A stretch of 64,000 nucleotides of DNA from positions 128,001-192,000 of the forward strand of contig CAWEHK010000029.1 of the NCBI GenBank assembly GCA_963808625.1. The letters run 5' to 3'. The position numbers and the translations under genes were made by a program. Shown piece by piece: positions 55,246 to 63,280 of this stretch (positions are counted from its first letter, which is position 1; each line of letters starts with the position of its first letter). Source of the stretch: an uncultured delta proteobacterium (GTDB lineage Bacteria; Desulfobacterota; Syntrophobacteria; Syntrophobacterales; Syntrophobacteraceae). Under the pieces are notes generated by a model. The model was not told the DNA's origin. It did no database searches and saw only the letters and a program-made list of their open reading frames with translations.

Positions 55246-56868
55246 TCAAGGTCCCTTATATTTCTGCATGTCTTTCGGTACCCACCACTGACGCGGCGTC
55301 AACCCCATGGGATAGACAACCACATTGTGAAAACGCCGGGCCACCGCCACCAGGGCATCGGTAGTGAAGAGAAAGGTGTAGGGCTGCTCGTCATAGAGGA
55401 TCTTGCTGAAGCGGCGATACATTTCGCGCCGTTTCTGGGGATCGAACTCCTTCCGGGCGGCCTCGATGAGCCGGTCGGCTTCTTCGTTGTGGAACCCCAC
55501 GAAGTTGGACCCCTTGTTGTCGGCCTGCGAGGAGTGCCAGAGCTGGTAAGGGTCCGTGTCCCAACCGAGACTCCACCCCATGGTGCAGGCATCGAAGTTG
55601 TGCTCCTCGATTCTCTGCACGAACACCGCCCACTCCAGCTTGCGAATGTCCATCTTGATCCCCACTCCCTTCAGATTTTCCTGAAGGATGGTCGCGATTT
55701 GTTCGCCAAATTTGGAGCCGGCGGAAATGAGGAATTCAAAAGCAAACGGCGTCCCTTCGCGGTCCAGCACCCCGTCGCCGTCGTGGTCCTCCCACCCGGC
55801 AGCCTTGAGCAGGGCGGCGGCTGCCTTGGGATCGTAGGGATGGGGTTTCAGGTTGTGATCGTATTCCGGGCTGTTGATATAGAAGGTGCCGTTGACCACG
55901 GTCCCGAGACCGAAGAGGACCTTCTCGAGGATCATTTCACGGTCCATCAAAAGTGTCATCGCCAGCCGTACCGTGCGGTCGGCGAACAAGGGCCGGCGCA
56001 TATTCCAGCCGATGTAGGAGTAGCTCGGCAGGGGGTACTTCAGCTTCTGGAAATTCTCCTCAAACCGCGCTGTCTGAGTCTGCCTCACCCATTGAATCGG
56101 GCGCAGCCCCATAAAATCCAGTCCGCCCTGCTTCAAAACCTGGAGCGCCACCGTCGAATCGGTGATGATCTTGAAGACGATCCGGTTCAGATAGGGCTTT
56201 TCTCCCCAGTATGCTTCATTACGAATGAGGACGATCTCTTTGCCCGTTTCCCAGTGAAGCAGCCGGTACGGTCCGGTGCCGACGGGCTGGCGGCCGATGG
56301 GATGTTGATTGAAATTGTCGCCATCCTTAAAGAGATGAGCCGGAAGGATCGGAATGCCGCCGCAGAACTCCAGGGCCTTGAAGTAAGGGATCCGGTAGTG
56401 ATAGCGCACCGTATGGTCGTCGATGACTTCCAGTCGTTCGATGTCCTGGTAGTAATTGCGCAAATGCGCCGCATCCACTTTGGGGTCCTTGATGCGCTCG
56501 AAGGAGAAGAGGATGTCCCGGGCCGTGAAGGGTTGACCGTCCTGCCAGCGGATATTCTTCTTCAAATGGAAGGTGTATTGGAGGTGGTCCGCCGAGATTT
56601 CCCAGGATTCCGCCAGCACCGGCACCAGTTGCATGGTCTTCTCGTCGCGCTTCAGGAGAGATTCGTAAACGTAGTCATCGATGTTTTGAGCGTAGACGTC
56701 GGTGGCCGTAATCGGATTCAGGGTTGCCGGCTCGGAGCCGAGGTGACTGATCAGCCAGTCGCCGGCAACCGGCGCCTCTTCTGCCGCCGTCGCAGGGATT
56801 GGACCTGCGAGGAGGCAGCAAACCGACAGGATGAGCAGGCTCAGTCGGAATAATAAACGCATGGACAT
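55246..56868 (-). CDS. Peptide ABC transporter substrate-binding protein (family 5, AppA-like)
   Basis: EPATLNP, LAESW, WQDG.PFTA.D and PVGTGPY motifs; signal peptide. Confidence 0.92.
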   Translation of the reverse strand: MSMRLLFRLSLLILSVCCLLAGPIPATAAEEAPVAGDWLISHLGSEPATLNPITATDVYAQNIDDYVYESLLKRDEKTMQLVPVLAESWEISADHLQYTFHLKKNIRWQDGQPFTARDILFSFERIKDPKVDAAHLRNYYQDIERLEVIDDHTVRYHYRIPYFKALEFCGGIPILPAHLFKDGDNFNQHPIGRQPVGTGPYRLLHWETGKEIVLIRNEAYWGEKPYLNRIVFKIITDSTVALQVLKQGGLDFMGLRPIQWVRQTQTARFEENFQKLKYPLPSYSYIGWNMRRPLFADRTVRLAMTLLMDREMILEKVLFGLGTVVNGTFYINSPEYDHNLKPHPYDPKAAAALLKAAGWEDHDGDGVLDREGTPFAFEFLISAGSKFGEQIATILQENLKGVGIKMDIRKLEWAVFVQRIEEHNFDACTMGWSLGWDTDPYQLWHSSQADNKGSNFVGFHNEEADRLIEAARKEFDPQKRREMYRRFSKILYDEQPYTFLFTTDALVAVARRFHNVVVYPMGLTPRQWWVPKDMQKYKGP

Positions 56869-56891
56869 TGATTTGCGGCCTCTCGAAAGCG

Positions 56892-56927
56892 GTGCTGAGT
56901 GCTGGGTGCTGAGTGCTGAGTGCTGAG
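56892..56927. repeat. Heptamer array, family F2 (GTGCTGA)
   Basis: gtgctgagtgctgggtgctgagtgctgagtgctgag. Confidence 0.9.
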
Positions 56928-56997
56928 GAAAAACCATTCGCCCCCATGGTATATCTTCAGCGTTCAAATAGAAAACGGTGCTGACTGCTGGGCGCCG

Positions 56998-57152
56998 AGT
57001 ACACCTCCACAGAAATGAGTGTCCGAATTCGATTCGTCATTGCCGCAAGCTTCTGGCGGGAATCCACGCTCTGCAAATTCTCTGGATTCCCGCTGAGAGC
57101 ATGCGGGAATGACGCCCTGAGATTAAGGGCACTTTATTCTGCTGTGCTGTAC
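56998..57152. mobile_element. MITE-like element, copy 1
   Basis: Aligns end to end with 59854-60016; imperfect terminal inverted repeats of about 25 bp; central REP-like cruciform. Confidence 0.7.
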
Positions 57153-57273
57153 CAAAAAAACCGTCTGCCTCCATGGCACATCTTCAGGGTTCGAAGGTGC
57201 TGCCCCGGATTGGCAATTTGCATACCATTGCAGCAGAGCCGAGCCGTTTGGAGGATAGCACGAGAGAGGGCAT

Positions 57274-57313
57274 AAAAAAACCCCTTCTCGCCGCTACCCT
57301 GAAAAGGGGTTTT
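57274..57313 (-). terminator. Rho-independent terminator for the 57354-57587 ORF
   Basis: aaaaaaacccctt...aaggggtttt stem. Confidence 0.6.
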
Positions 57314-57353
57314 GGGATTCCACAATCCCTTGAGCAGATCACGCGTCGATGCT

Positions 57354-57587
57354 TTACAATTTGGCTATGTCAATATTCCGGATAAAGGTTTTGATGTCAC
57401 TCATCCATGCTTCCAACTGCTGCTCCCGGTCCTGGCTCCCCGGATCTTTTTCGGCGGTTTTCGCCTCAACGTTTTCATAAGGCTGCGGCGTCGCGAGATC
57501 TTCCATGGCACCGGCGTTCTCGATCCCCGAAAACTCATTATTTCTATAGTACTCAAACTGACCGACACTGTACTCAATGGCTTTCAT
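57354..57587 (-). CDS. Small hypothetical protein
   Basis: 77 aa, AGGAGG RBS and downstream terminator. Confidence 0.6.
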   Translation of the reverse strand: MKAIEYSVGQFEYYRNNEFSGIENAGAMEDLATPQPYENVEAKTAEKDPGSQDREQQLEAWMSDIKTFIRNIDIAKL

Positions 57588-57670
57588 CTTGGCCTCCTTG
57601 ATTGCACTTTCATGTCACCATCAGGCCTGAAATTAATCACCATTCCTGTATTGTAAAGTGGCCGTGGAAT

Positions 57671-57744
57671 AGCTCTTGGCTCTTAGCTCTTAGCTCTTAG
57701 CTCTTGGCACTTGGCTGTTGGCTCTCGGCTCCTGGCTTCCAGCT
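57671..57744. repeat. Heptamer array, family F1 in reverse orientation (GCTCTTG/GCTCTTA)
   Basis: agctcttggctcttagctcttagctcttagctcttggcacttggctgttggctctcggctcctggct. Confidence 0.9.
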
Positions 57745-57763
57745 TGACCTCCCTCATTCCTTC

Positions 57764-57809
57764 CACTCAGCACCCAGCACTCAGCACTCTCATCGTCACT
57801 CAGCACTCA
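57764..57809. repeat. Heptamer array, family F2 (CTCAGCA), containing the DUF62 stop codon
   Basis: cactcagcacccagcactcagcactc...cactcagcactca. Confidence 0.85.
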
Positions 57810-58647
57810 TTACTCCGATCATCTTTCGAACAATCCTCACCGGATCACCATCCCCATCACCTTTTCGAACAATCCTCACCGAATCACCGCGGCACAGACC
57901 GCAGCGTGTAGCCGCATTTCCCTGGTTGACCGCAATCTCCAGGCGTCCGCTGCTGCCGATGAGGGCTACTATCGTGCCGGGAGCCTGGTCGCCGTAAGTG
58001 TCAACGATTGCTGACACACTAAAGGCGCCAACCCTGACAGACAGCCGGGTCTTCGGGGCAAAGCGCGCGAGCACTTTGCCGCTTACATTAGTCACCGCAT
58101 TGCCAAAATGGTCGATATGAATGATCTCACCCAGAAGCTCATCCCCTGTCTGTGCGGCGTCGGCCCACGATGCGACGAGCGGCGCACAGGGAGAGCCCAG
58201 AGCGTGGGCAGGAAGGCCTTTTGCGAGATGGGCCGCGATGGGAGCGAAAATGTCACGACCATGAAAAGTCCTGCTTACGGTGGGGCGCCAGTGGGCAGTA
58301 TTTTCGATGCTGTAAGCTTTCCATGCGGAGGCCTCTTGCACGACCCACGAGAATAGACCATTATCCGGTCCCACAAAAAGGTAATGGTCCGCCTCCAGCA
58401 CCAATCCCCGCCGGTCCGTTCCCACCCCCGGATCAATCACGGCCAGATGAACCGTGCCCGAGGGGAAGTCACGGCAGACGGAAGCGAGCAAAAACGCCCC
58501 GGCCCGGATATCCTGGGGCGGTGCCAGATGGGTGATATCAATGAGGCGGGCTTCGGGACAAACCCCCAGGATCACCCCTTTCATGCTCGCCACGTAGGTG
58601 TCTTCAAGCCCGAAATCGGTAAGCAGGGTAATGATTGGCGCCGGCAT
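57796..58647 (-). CDS. SAM hydroxide adenosyltransferase / chlorinase-fluorinase family (DUF62)
   Basis: ITLLTDFG, VIDPGVGT, GPDNG, TFHGRDIF, IDHFGN and LEIAVNQG motifs. Confidence 0.93.
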   Translation of the reverse strand: MPAPIITLLTDFGLEDTYVASMKGVILGVCPEARLIDITHLAPPQDIRAGAFLLASVCRDFPSGTVHLAVIDPGVGTDRRGLVLEADHYLFVGPDNGLFSWVVQEASAWKAYSIENTAHWRPTVSRTFHGRDIFAPIAAHLAKGLPAHALGSPCAPLVASWADAAQTGDELLGEIIHIDHFGNAVTNVSGKVLARFAPKTRLSVRVGAFSVSAIVDTYGDQAPGTIVALIGSSGRLEIAVNQGNAATRCGLCRGDSVRIVRKGDGDGDPVRIVRKMIGVMSAE

Positions 58648-58658
58648 AGTCGTAAAAC

Positions 58659-58711
58659 AGTGATCAGTGGTCAGTGACTAGTGGCTAGTGGCTAGTGGTC
58701 AGTGGTCAGTA
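58659..58711. repeat. Heptamer array, family F3 (AGTGGTC/AGTGGCT)
   Basis: agtgatcagtggtcagtgactagtggctagtggctagtggtcagtggtcagt. Confidence 0.9.
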
Positions 58712-58776
58712 GCCGGTAAGGCAGCCACGGTTCAGGTTGATGCCGATTTGAACAAAGGCCACAGGCAAATGCAAAA

Positions 58777-58856
58777 AGCTAACCGCCAACCGCCAACCGC
58801 CAAGAGCCAGGAGCCAGGAGCCAAGAGCCAAGAGCCAACCGCCAACAGCTAAGAGC
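58777..58856. repeat. Heptamer array, family F1, overlapping the EamA stop
   Basis: aaccgcc x3, aagagcc/aggagcc x5, aaccgcc aacagct aagagct. Confidence 0.9.
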
Positions 58857-59832
58857 TCTCCCCCCCGGCTGATTCCCGGCGGTGCCGGATCATGGCCGGG
58901 GTCCCGTAGTCATATTCATGGCGGAGCTGCAGGATGATCACGGAACCTATGACCAGGACCATTCCCAGGAGTTGAAGCGGCTCCAGGGATTCACCGAGAA
59001 AAAAGTATGAGATGATGCCCGCAGATATGGGTTCGAGAGTCGCGGTGATGCTGGCTCGCGTGGAACGGATCAGGTTGATGGCGTCGAAATAGAGACCGAA
59101 AGGCACGATCGTGCCGAGAATGGCAATATATAGAATGAAGCCCCAGGCCGTGGCGGAGTAGGTTCCGGTGAAGGCCTCGAGAGGGAGAGGAGCGGCTTCC
59201 CAAAACAGGTGGGCACTGTTCCAAAAAATCGCCGCGAAGAGGACGGCATAAAAGAGCACCGTCCAGGGATGGTAGCGGTGCATCCCCTTTTCTCCATAAA
59301 GGGAATACCAGGCAAAGGCGACCGCGCAAAGAAGACCGCAAAGAACGCCCTCCCGGTTCAACGAAAGCAGGTCAAAATTGTAAGCCCCGACGACCAGGTA
59401 GCAGCCGAAGGTGGCGCAGACAACCGCAAGCATGGTTGCCCGCGTCAGCGTGTCCCGCGCAAACAGCAGGGAATATAGAGCGATCAGCACGGGTGCCAGG
59501 TATTCAAGCAAAATCGCCACCGCCACCTTGATCTTACTGATGGCAAGAAGATAGGTGAACTGCACCATGGCCATTCCGGTAGTACCCAGGAGGGCAAAGT
59601 AGAGGATGTCCCGACGGGCGATCCGGAGCAATGCCGGCCGATGCGCCAGGAGCCATACAAAAAGCAGCGCAAGGCCAATCGTCAGGCGCAGCTGCACGAG
59701 TTGGAAAGGACTTATTCCCTGGTTGAAGAGGTACTTCGCCGATGATCCGGACACTGCCCACATGAGGGCTGCCGTCGCCACATAGAGATAACCACGCCGG
59801 GGAATGGGAGTCGGTGATGAGATATTGTTCAT
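58849..59832 (-). CDS. EamA/DMT-family transporter
   Basis: About 10 TM helices in two repeats; A..LEY.APV and AS....LEP....I motifs. Confidence 0.9.
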   Translation of the reverse strand: MNNISSPTPIPRRGYLYVATAALMWAVSGSSAKYLFNQGISPFQLVQLRLTIGLALLFVWLLAHRPALLRIARRDILYFALLGTTGMAMVQFTYLLAISKIKVAVAILLEYLAPVLIALYSLLFARDTLTRATMLAVVCATFGCYLVVGAYNFDLLSLNREGVLCGLLCAVAFAWYSLYGEKGMHRYHPWTVLFYAVLFAAIFWNSAHLFWEAAPLPLEAFTGTYSATAWGFILYIAILGTIVPFGLYFDAINLIRSTRASITATLEPISAGIISYFFLGESLEPLQLLGMVLVIGSVIILQLRHEYDYGTPAMIRHRRESAGGESS

Positions 59833-59853
59833 AGTCTCCACTGGGTGCAGATT

Positions 59854-60016
59854 CTTAGTGCGCCCCCGCATAAATGGGTGTCCGAATGCCACTCGTCATT
59901 CCCGCGTGTTTCTGGCGGGAATCCAGGCTGTGCAAATTCCCTGGATTCCCGCTAAGAGCATGCGGGAATGACGACCGGGTGGTAATGGACACTTTATTCT
60001 GCTGTGCTGTACTAAG
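59854..60016. mobile_element. MITE-like element, copy 2
   Basis: Termini cttagtgc / gtactaag; central cgtcattcccgc...gcgggaatgacg. Confidence 0.7.
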
Positions 60017-60254
60017 TGGACGCTTGTGGGCTTCCACCGGAATGACCATCGGGGATTATGGTCATCCCATTATCTGAGCCTATGCGCGACAGCAGGTCAA
60101 TCGTCTTTCCCATAAGAGTTTACCACAGGACCGCTCGTGCCCGCTCATTATTTCAGTCTGCCTCACCTGTCAGGATGCAGTGCGCGAATACGCTCGAAGA
60201 TCATTTCCTCGTTTTTCGATTTGCGATGGACGCGCGCTTTGCTAACATAGGTAG

Positions 60255-60367
60255 CGGAGAGATTCATGAGGGTGATGTGGTTGATGGTTGATAGTTGATG
60301 GTTGATGGTTGAGTGGTTGATGTGAGGTAGGGTTGGCATGGGCTGCCGGAGAGATTCACGAGGGTGA
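60255..60367. repeat. Heptamer array F4 (GGTTGAT, 60279-60322) between two 21-bp direct repeats
   Basis: cggagagattcaYgagggtga at 60255-60275 and 60347-60367. Confidence 0.85.
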
Positions 60368-60445
60368 ATCCAGACCCTGGTAGGAACCGAATAACTGAGG
60401 AAATGATGGTATTGATTCTTATGAGGAGATTTGAAAGGAGGGCGA

Positions 60446-61246
60446 ATGGTTCAGTTCGAAAGTCCCGGTATTGAGGATTTGACCCGGTTTGCGAGCGATG
60501 TGCTGCGTCACGCTGGGGATGAGGCACTGCGCTACTACGGCAAAGGGGACCCCCTGGTGAAATTTGACTCCGATTTGGTCACAGAAGCCGAGCTTCATCT
60601 GATCGATTTCTTTCGGAACCAACTCCAGGCTCAGTTCCCCGAGCATGGCATCTTTGGGGATGAGCTGCCGAAGCAGGACTACGTCCATGGCGAAAAAAGA
60701 TATCTCTGGATTTACGATGCCCTGGACGGGGTTGCCAATTTTCAAGCCGGTATTCCCATCTGGGGGACTTCCCTCGCGCTCCTCGAAAACTTCTGGCCAA
60801 TTTTTGGGGCCTTTTACATGCCGGTTACGGGGGATTTGTTCCATGCTCAAGCCGGTCAAAAAGCCTGGTGGGGCGATGCTGAAATCACGATTCCCGACCA
60901 TGGTGAAATCAGCAACGAAAGCGTGCTCCTGACCTACTCGAGGTTTCACAATCATTACCGCTCCTCCTTCCCCGGCAAAATTCGCAACCTCGGCTGCACC
61001 GCCGCCCATCTCTGCTACGTCGCCAGAGGGTGCGCCGAAGGAGCTCTGCTGGCCAATGTTTCCTATCAAGACCTGGCGGCGGCACAAATCATCCTCACCG
61101 CAGCAGGCGGTAAGATCTGCAAGCTCGATGGCCAGGAATTTCACCTCAGTGATTATCTGGATGGAGAGCGGATCGAGGAGCACCTGCTTGCCGCCCCCGA
61201 AGGCTCGCATGCGGCCATTGCGATGTATCTGAGCGAGGCGGAGTGA
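60446..61246 (+). CDS. Inositol monophosphatase-family protein with divergent motifs
   Basis: VTEAE, FPEHGIFGDE, WIYDALDGVANF, RNLG.TA..LCYVARG and DLAAA. Confidence 0.85.
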   Translation: MVQFESPGIEDLTRFASDVLRHAGDEALRYYGKGDPLVKFDSDLVTEAELHLIDFFRNQLQAQFPEHGIFGDELPKQDYVHGEKRYLWIYDALDGVANFQAGIPIWGTSLALLENFWPIFGAFYMPVTGDLFHAQAGQKAWWGDAEITIPDHGEISNESVLLTYSRFHNHYRSSFPGKIRNLGCTAAHLCYVARGCAEGALLANVSYQDLAAAQIILTAAGGKICKLDGQEFHLSDYLDGERIEEHLLAAPEGSHAAIAMYLSEAE

Positions 61247-61360
61247 GTAGGGAGTAGGAGTAAGGAGTAGGAGTAGGGAGTAGGAAGTAGGGAGTAAGGA
61301 GGGGCAGGTAAGAGGAGTAGGGAGTAAGGAGTAGGAGTAAGGAGTAGAGGGATTAGGGAG
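61245..61360. repeat. Left arm: heptamer array F5 (GGAGTAG/GGAGTAA)
   Basis: gagtagggagtaggagtaaggagtaggagtagggagtaggaagtagggagtaagg... Confidence 0.95.
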
Positions 61361-61368
61361 GAGCGATT

Positions 61369-61749
61369 GTGGGGAGAGAAGGGTATGCCGGATACCGGGA
61401 TTTGAAGGTATTTAAGCTTGCGTACCAGCTTGCCCTTGAAATTCACGAACTAACGAAGTCCTTTCCTAAAGAAGAGAAGTATGCTCTGGTCGACCAAATT
61501 AGACGGTCATCCAGGAGCATTGCGACGAACATTGCTGAGGCCTGGAAGAAAAGGCGCTACGAAAAGGCATTCATCAGCAAGCTGGTTGATTGTTCGGGAG
61601 AAGCCGGTGAAACAGAAGTCTGGCTGGATTTCTGCCTTGACCTTACGTATATCAAAGCCGATCAGCATCAATATTTTCTGAGTAGATATCAGGAAGTAAG
61701 CCGCATGCTTTATGGTATGATAGAAAAAGCCGGAAGGTTTTCCACATGA
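61369..61749 (+). CDS. Four helix bundle protein (TIGR02436 / 23S rRNA IVS-protein family)
   Basis: [36 protein letters not shown]....GE..ET..WL; GGAGGAG RBS and GTG start. Confidence 0.95.
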   Translation: MGREGYAGYRDLKVFKLAYQLALEIHELTKSFPKEEKYALVDQIRRSSRSIATNIAEAWKKRRYEKAFISKLVDCSGEAGETEVWLDFCLDLTYIKADQHQYFLSRYQEVSRMLYGMIEKAGRFST

Positions 61750-61800
61750 TCACCTCCCTGACTTTTACTGGACCTTCGGCCTCTCGCTCGTTCTCCCCGC

Positions 61801-61930
61801 TTCCTACTGCCTGCTCCCTACTTCTGACTCCCCGCGTCCCGCTCCCTACTCGCTCTACTCCCTACTCCCTACTCCCTACTCCCTACTCGCCTACTGCTTA
61901 CTCCCTACTCCCTACTGCTTACTGCCTACT
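61801..61930. repeat. Right arm: heptamer array F5 reverse complement (CTACTCC)
   Basis: ctactccctactccctactccctactccctactcgcctactgcttactccctactccctactgcttactgcctact. Confidence 0.95.
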
Positions 61931-61950
61931 TTAAACGGAGATTGACGCCC

Positions 61951-63184
61951 ATGATAACGGTGCCCAAGAGTGAGGTTGCCAATCGGCTCGTTGCATTGCA
62001 GTCCCTGCTGCAGAGGGAGGAAGTCGAGGCGGCGATCATCCGCCAAAATGCGGACCTGTTCTACTTTACCGGCACGGTGCAGGACGCTTACCTGATTGTG
62101 CCGGCGTCGGGAGCGCCGGTCTTCCTGGTCCGGCGGGATGTGGACCGGGCCGGGGAGCAGTCTCCGATCCGCCCGATCCGTTGCGCTCAAGAGCGTCAAG
62201 GAAGTCTCCCAGGCGGTCTTTGATGCCTGTGGCAGCGCCCCCCCGAAACGGGTCGGTCTGGAACTGGACGTCCTCCCTGCCAACACTTTTTTCTTTTTTG
62301 ATGAAAAGCTTTTTCCGAAGCAGCAGATTGTTGATATCAGCGGCCTCATCCGCCAGGTGCGCATGGTGAAATCCCCCTGGGAGCTTGACATGATGCGCCG
62401 TGCCGGGGGGGTCTCCCGGGCGGTTGCCGAGGCGGTGCCGCAACTGCTGCGGGAAGGGATAAGCGAGTTGGAGTTGAGCATCGGGCTCGAGGCTGTCGCC
62501 CGAAGAGCCGGTCACCTGGGGCTGATCCGCCTGCGCGGCTTCAACATGGACATGTATTTCGGGCACATCCTCTCGGGCCCTGAGGCGGCCATTCCCGCTT
62601 ACGGCGATGCGCCGACAGGCGGTCTCGGAGTGAGCGCCGCTTTCGGCCAGGGGGCCAGTGAACGCCGCATCAGGGCGGGCGAGATGGTGAGCGTTGACAT
62701 CATGATGAACTGCCAGGGGTACCTGAGTGACCAGACGCGAAACTTCTCCATCGGCCCGCCTCCTTCCAGGCTGGAGGAGGCGTACCGGTTCGTCCAGGAA
62801 ATCCACCGGCGCTTCCGCGAGGCGGCAAGACCGGGGGCCGTCACCGGTGAGCTCTATGAGCTGGTCTGGCATTGGGTCACGGAAGCCGGATGGGATGAAT
62901 GGTTTATGGGCTACGGCGCCGGGCGGGTAGCATTTATCGGCCATGGGCTGGGGATCGAAGTGGACGAGTTTCCGTTCATTGCGCAGGGGCAGAAACTGGT
63001 TCTGCAGGAGGGGATGACGTTTGCCTTCGAGCCCAAGTTCATCATGCCCGGCCTGGGTATCACCGGCCTTGAAAACACCTATGCGGTCACTTCCGGTGGT
63101 CTGGAATCGTTGAACACCGCGACCGAAGAGCTTGTCATCATCCAGCATGCCGAAGATCAATTTCTTGCCGATTTTCATGCCTGA
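61951..63184 (+). CDS. Xaa-Pro aminopeptidase family (M24B); frameshift near 62180
   Basis: DLFYFTG, RMVKSPWE, D....GYLSDQTR, GHGLG.EVDE.P, EPK and G.EN motifs. Confidence 0.88.
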
Positions 63185-63212
63185 CGATAGAACGGGTAAC
63201 ATTGGGATGTCA

Positions 63213-63261
63213 TTCTGACTTCTGACTTCTGACTTCTGACTCCTGACTGCTGTCTTCTGCC
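63213..63261. repeat. Heptamer array, family F6 (TTCTGAC)
   Basis: ttctgac x4, tcctgac, tgctgtc, ttctgcc. Confidence 0.9.
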
Positions 63262-63280
63262 ATAAAGAAAGAGGTTGTTT

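Noticed and set aside
57796..58647. True fluorinase or chlorinase
   Set aside because: The TFHGRD motif and lack of a natural-product cluster fit the widespread SAM-hydrolysing DUF62 group.
61245..61930. Diversity-generating retroelement
   Set aside because: An Avd-like fold is present, but no reverse transcriptase or TR/VR pair with adenine-specific mismatches is visible in the window.
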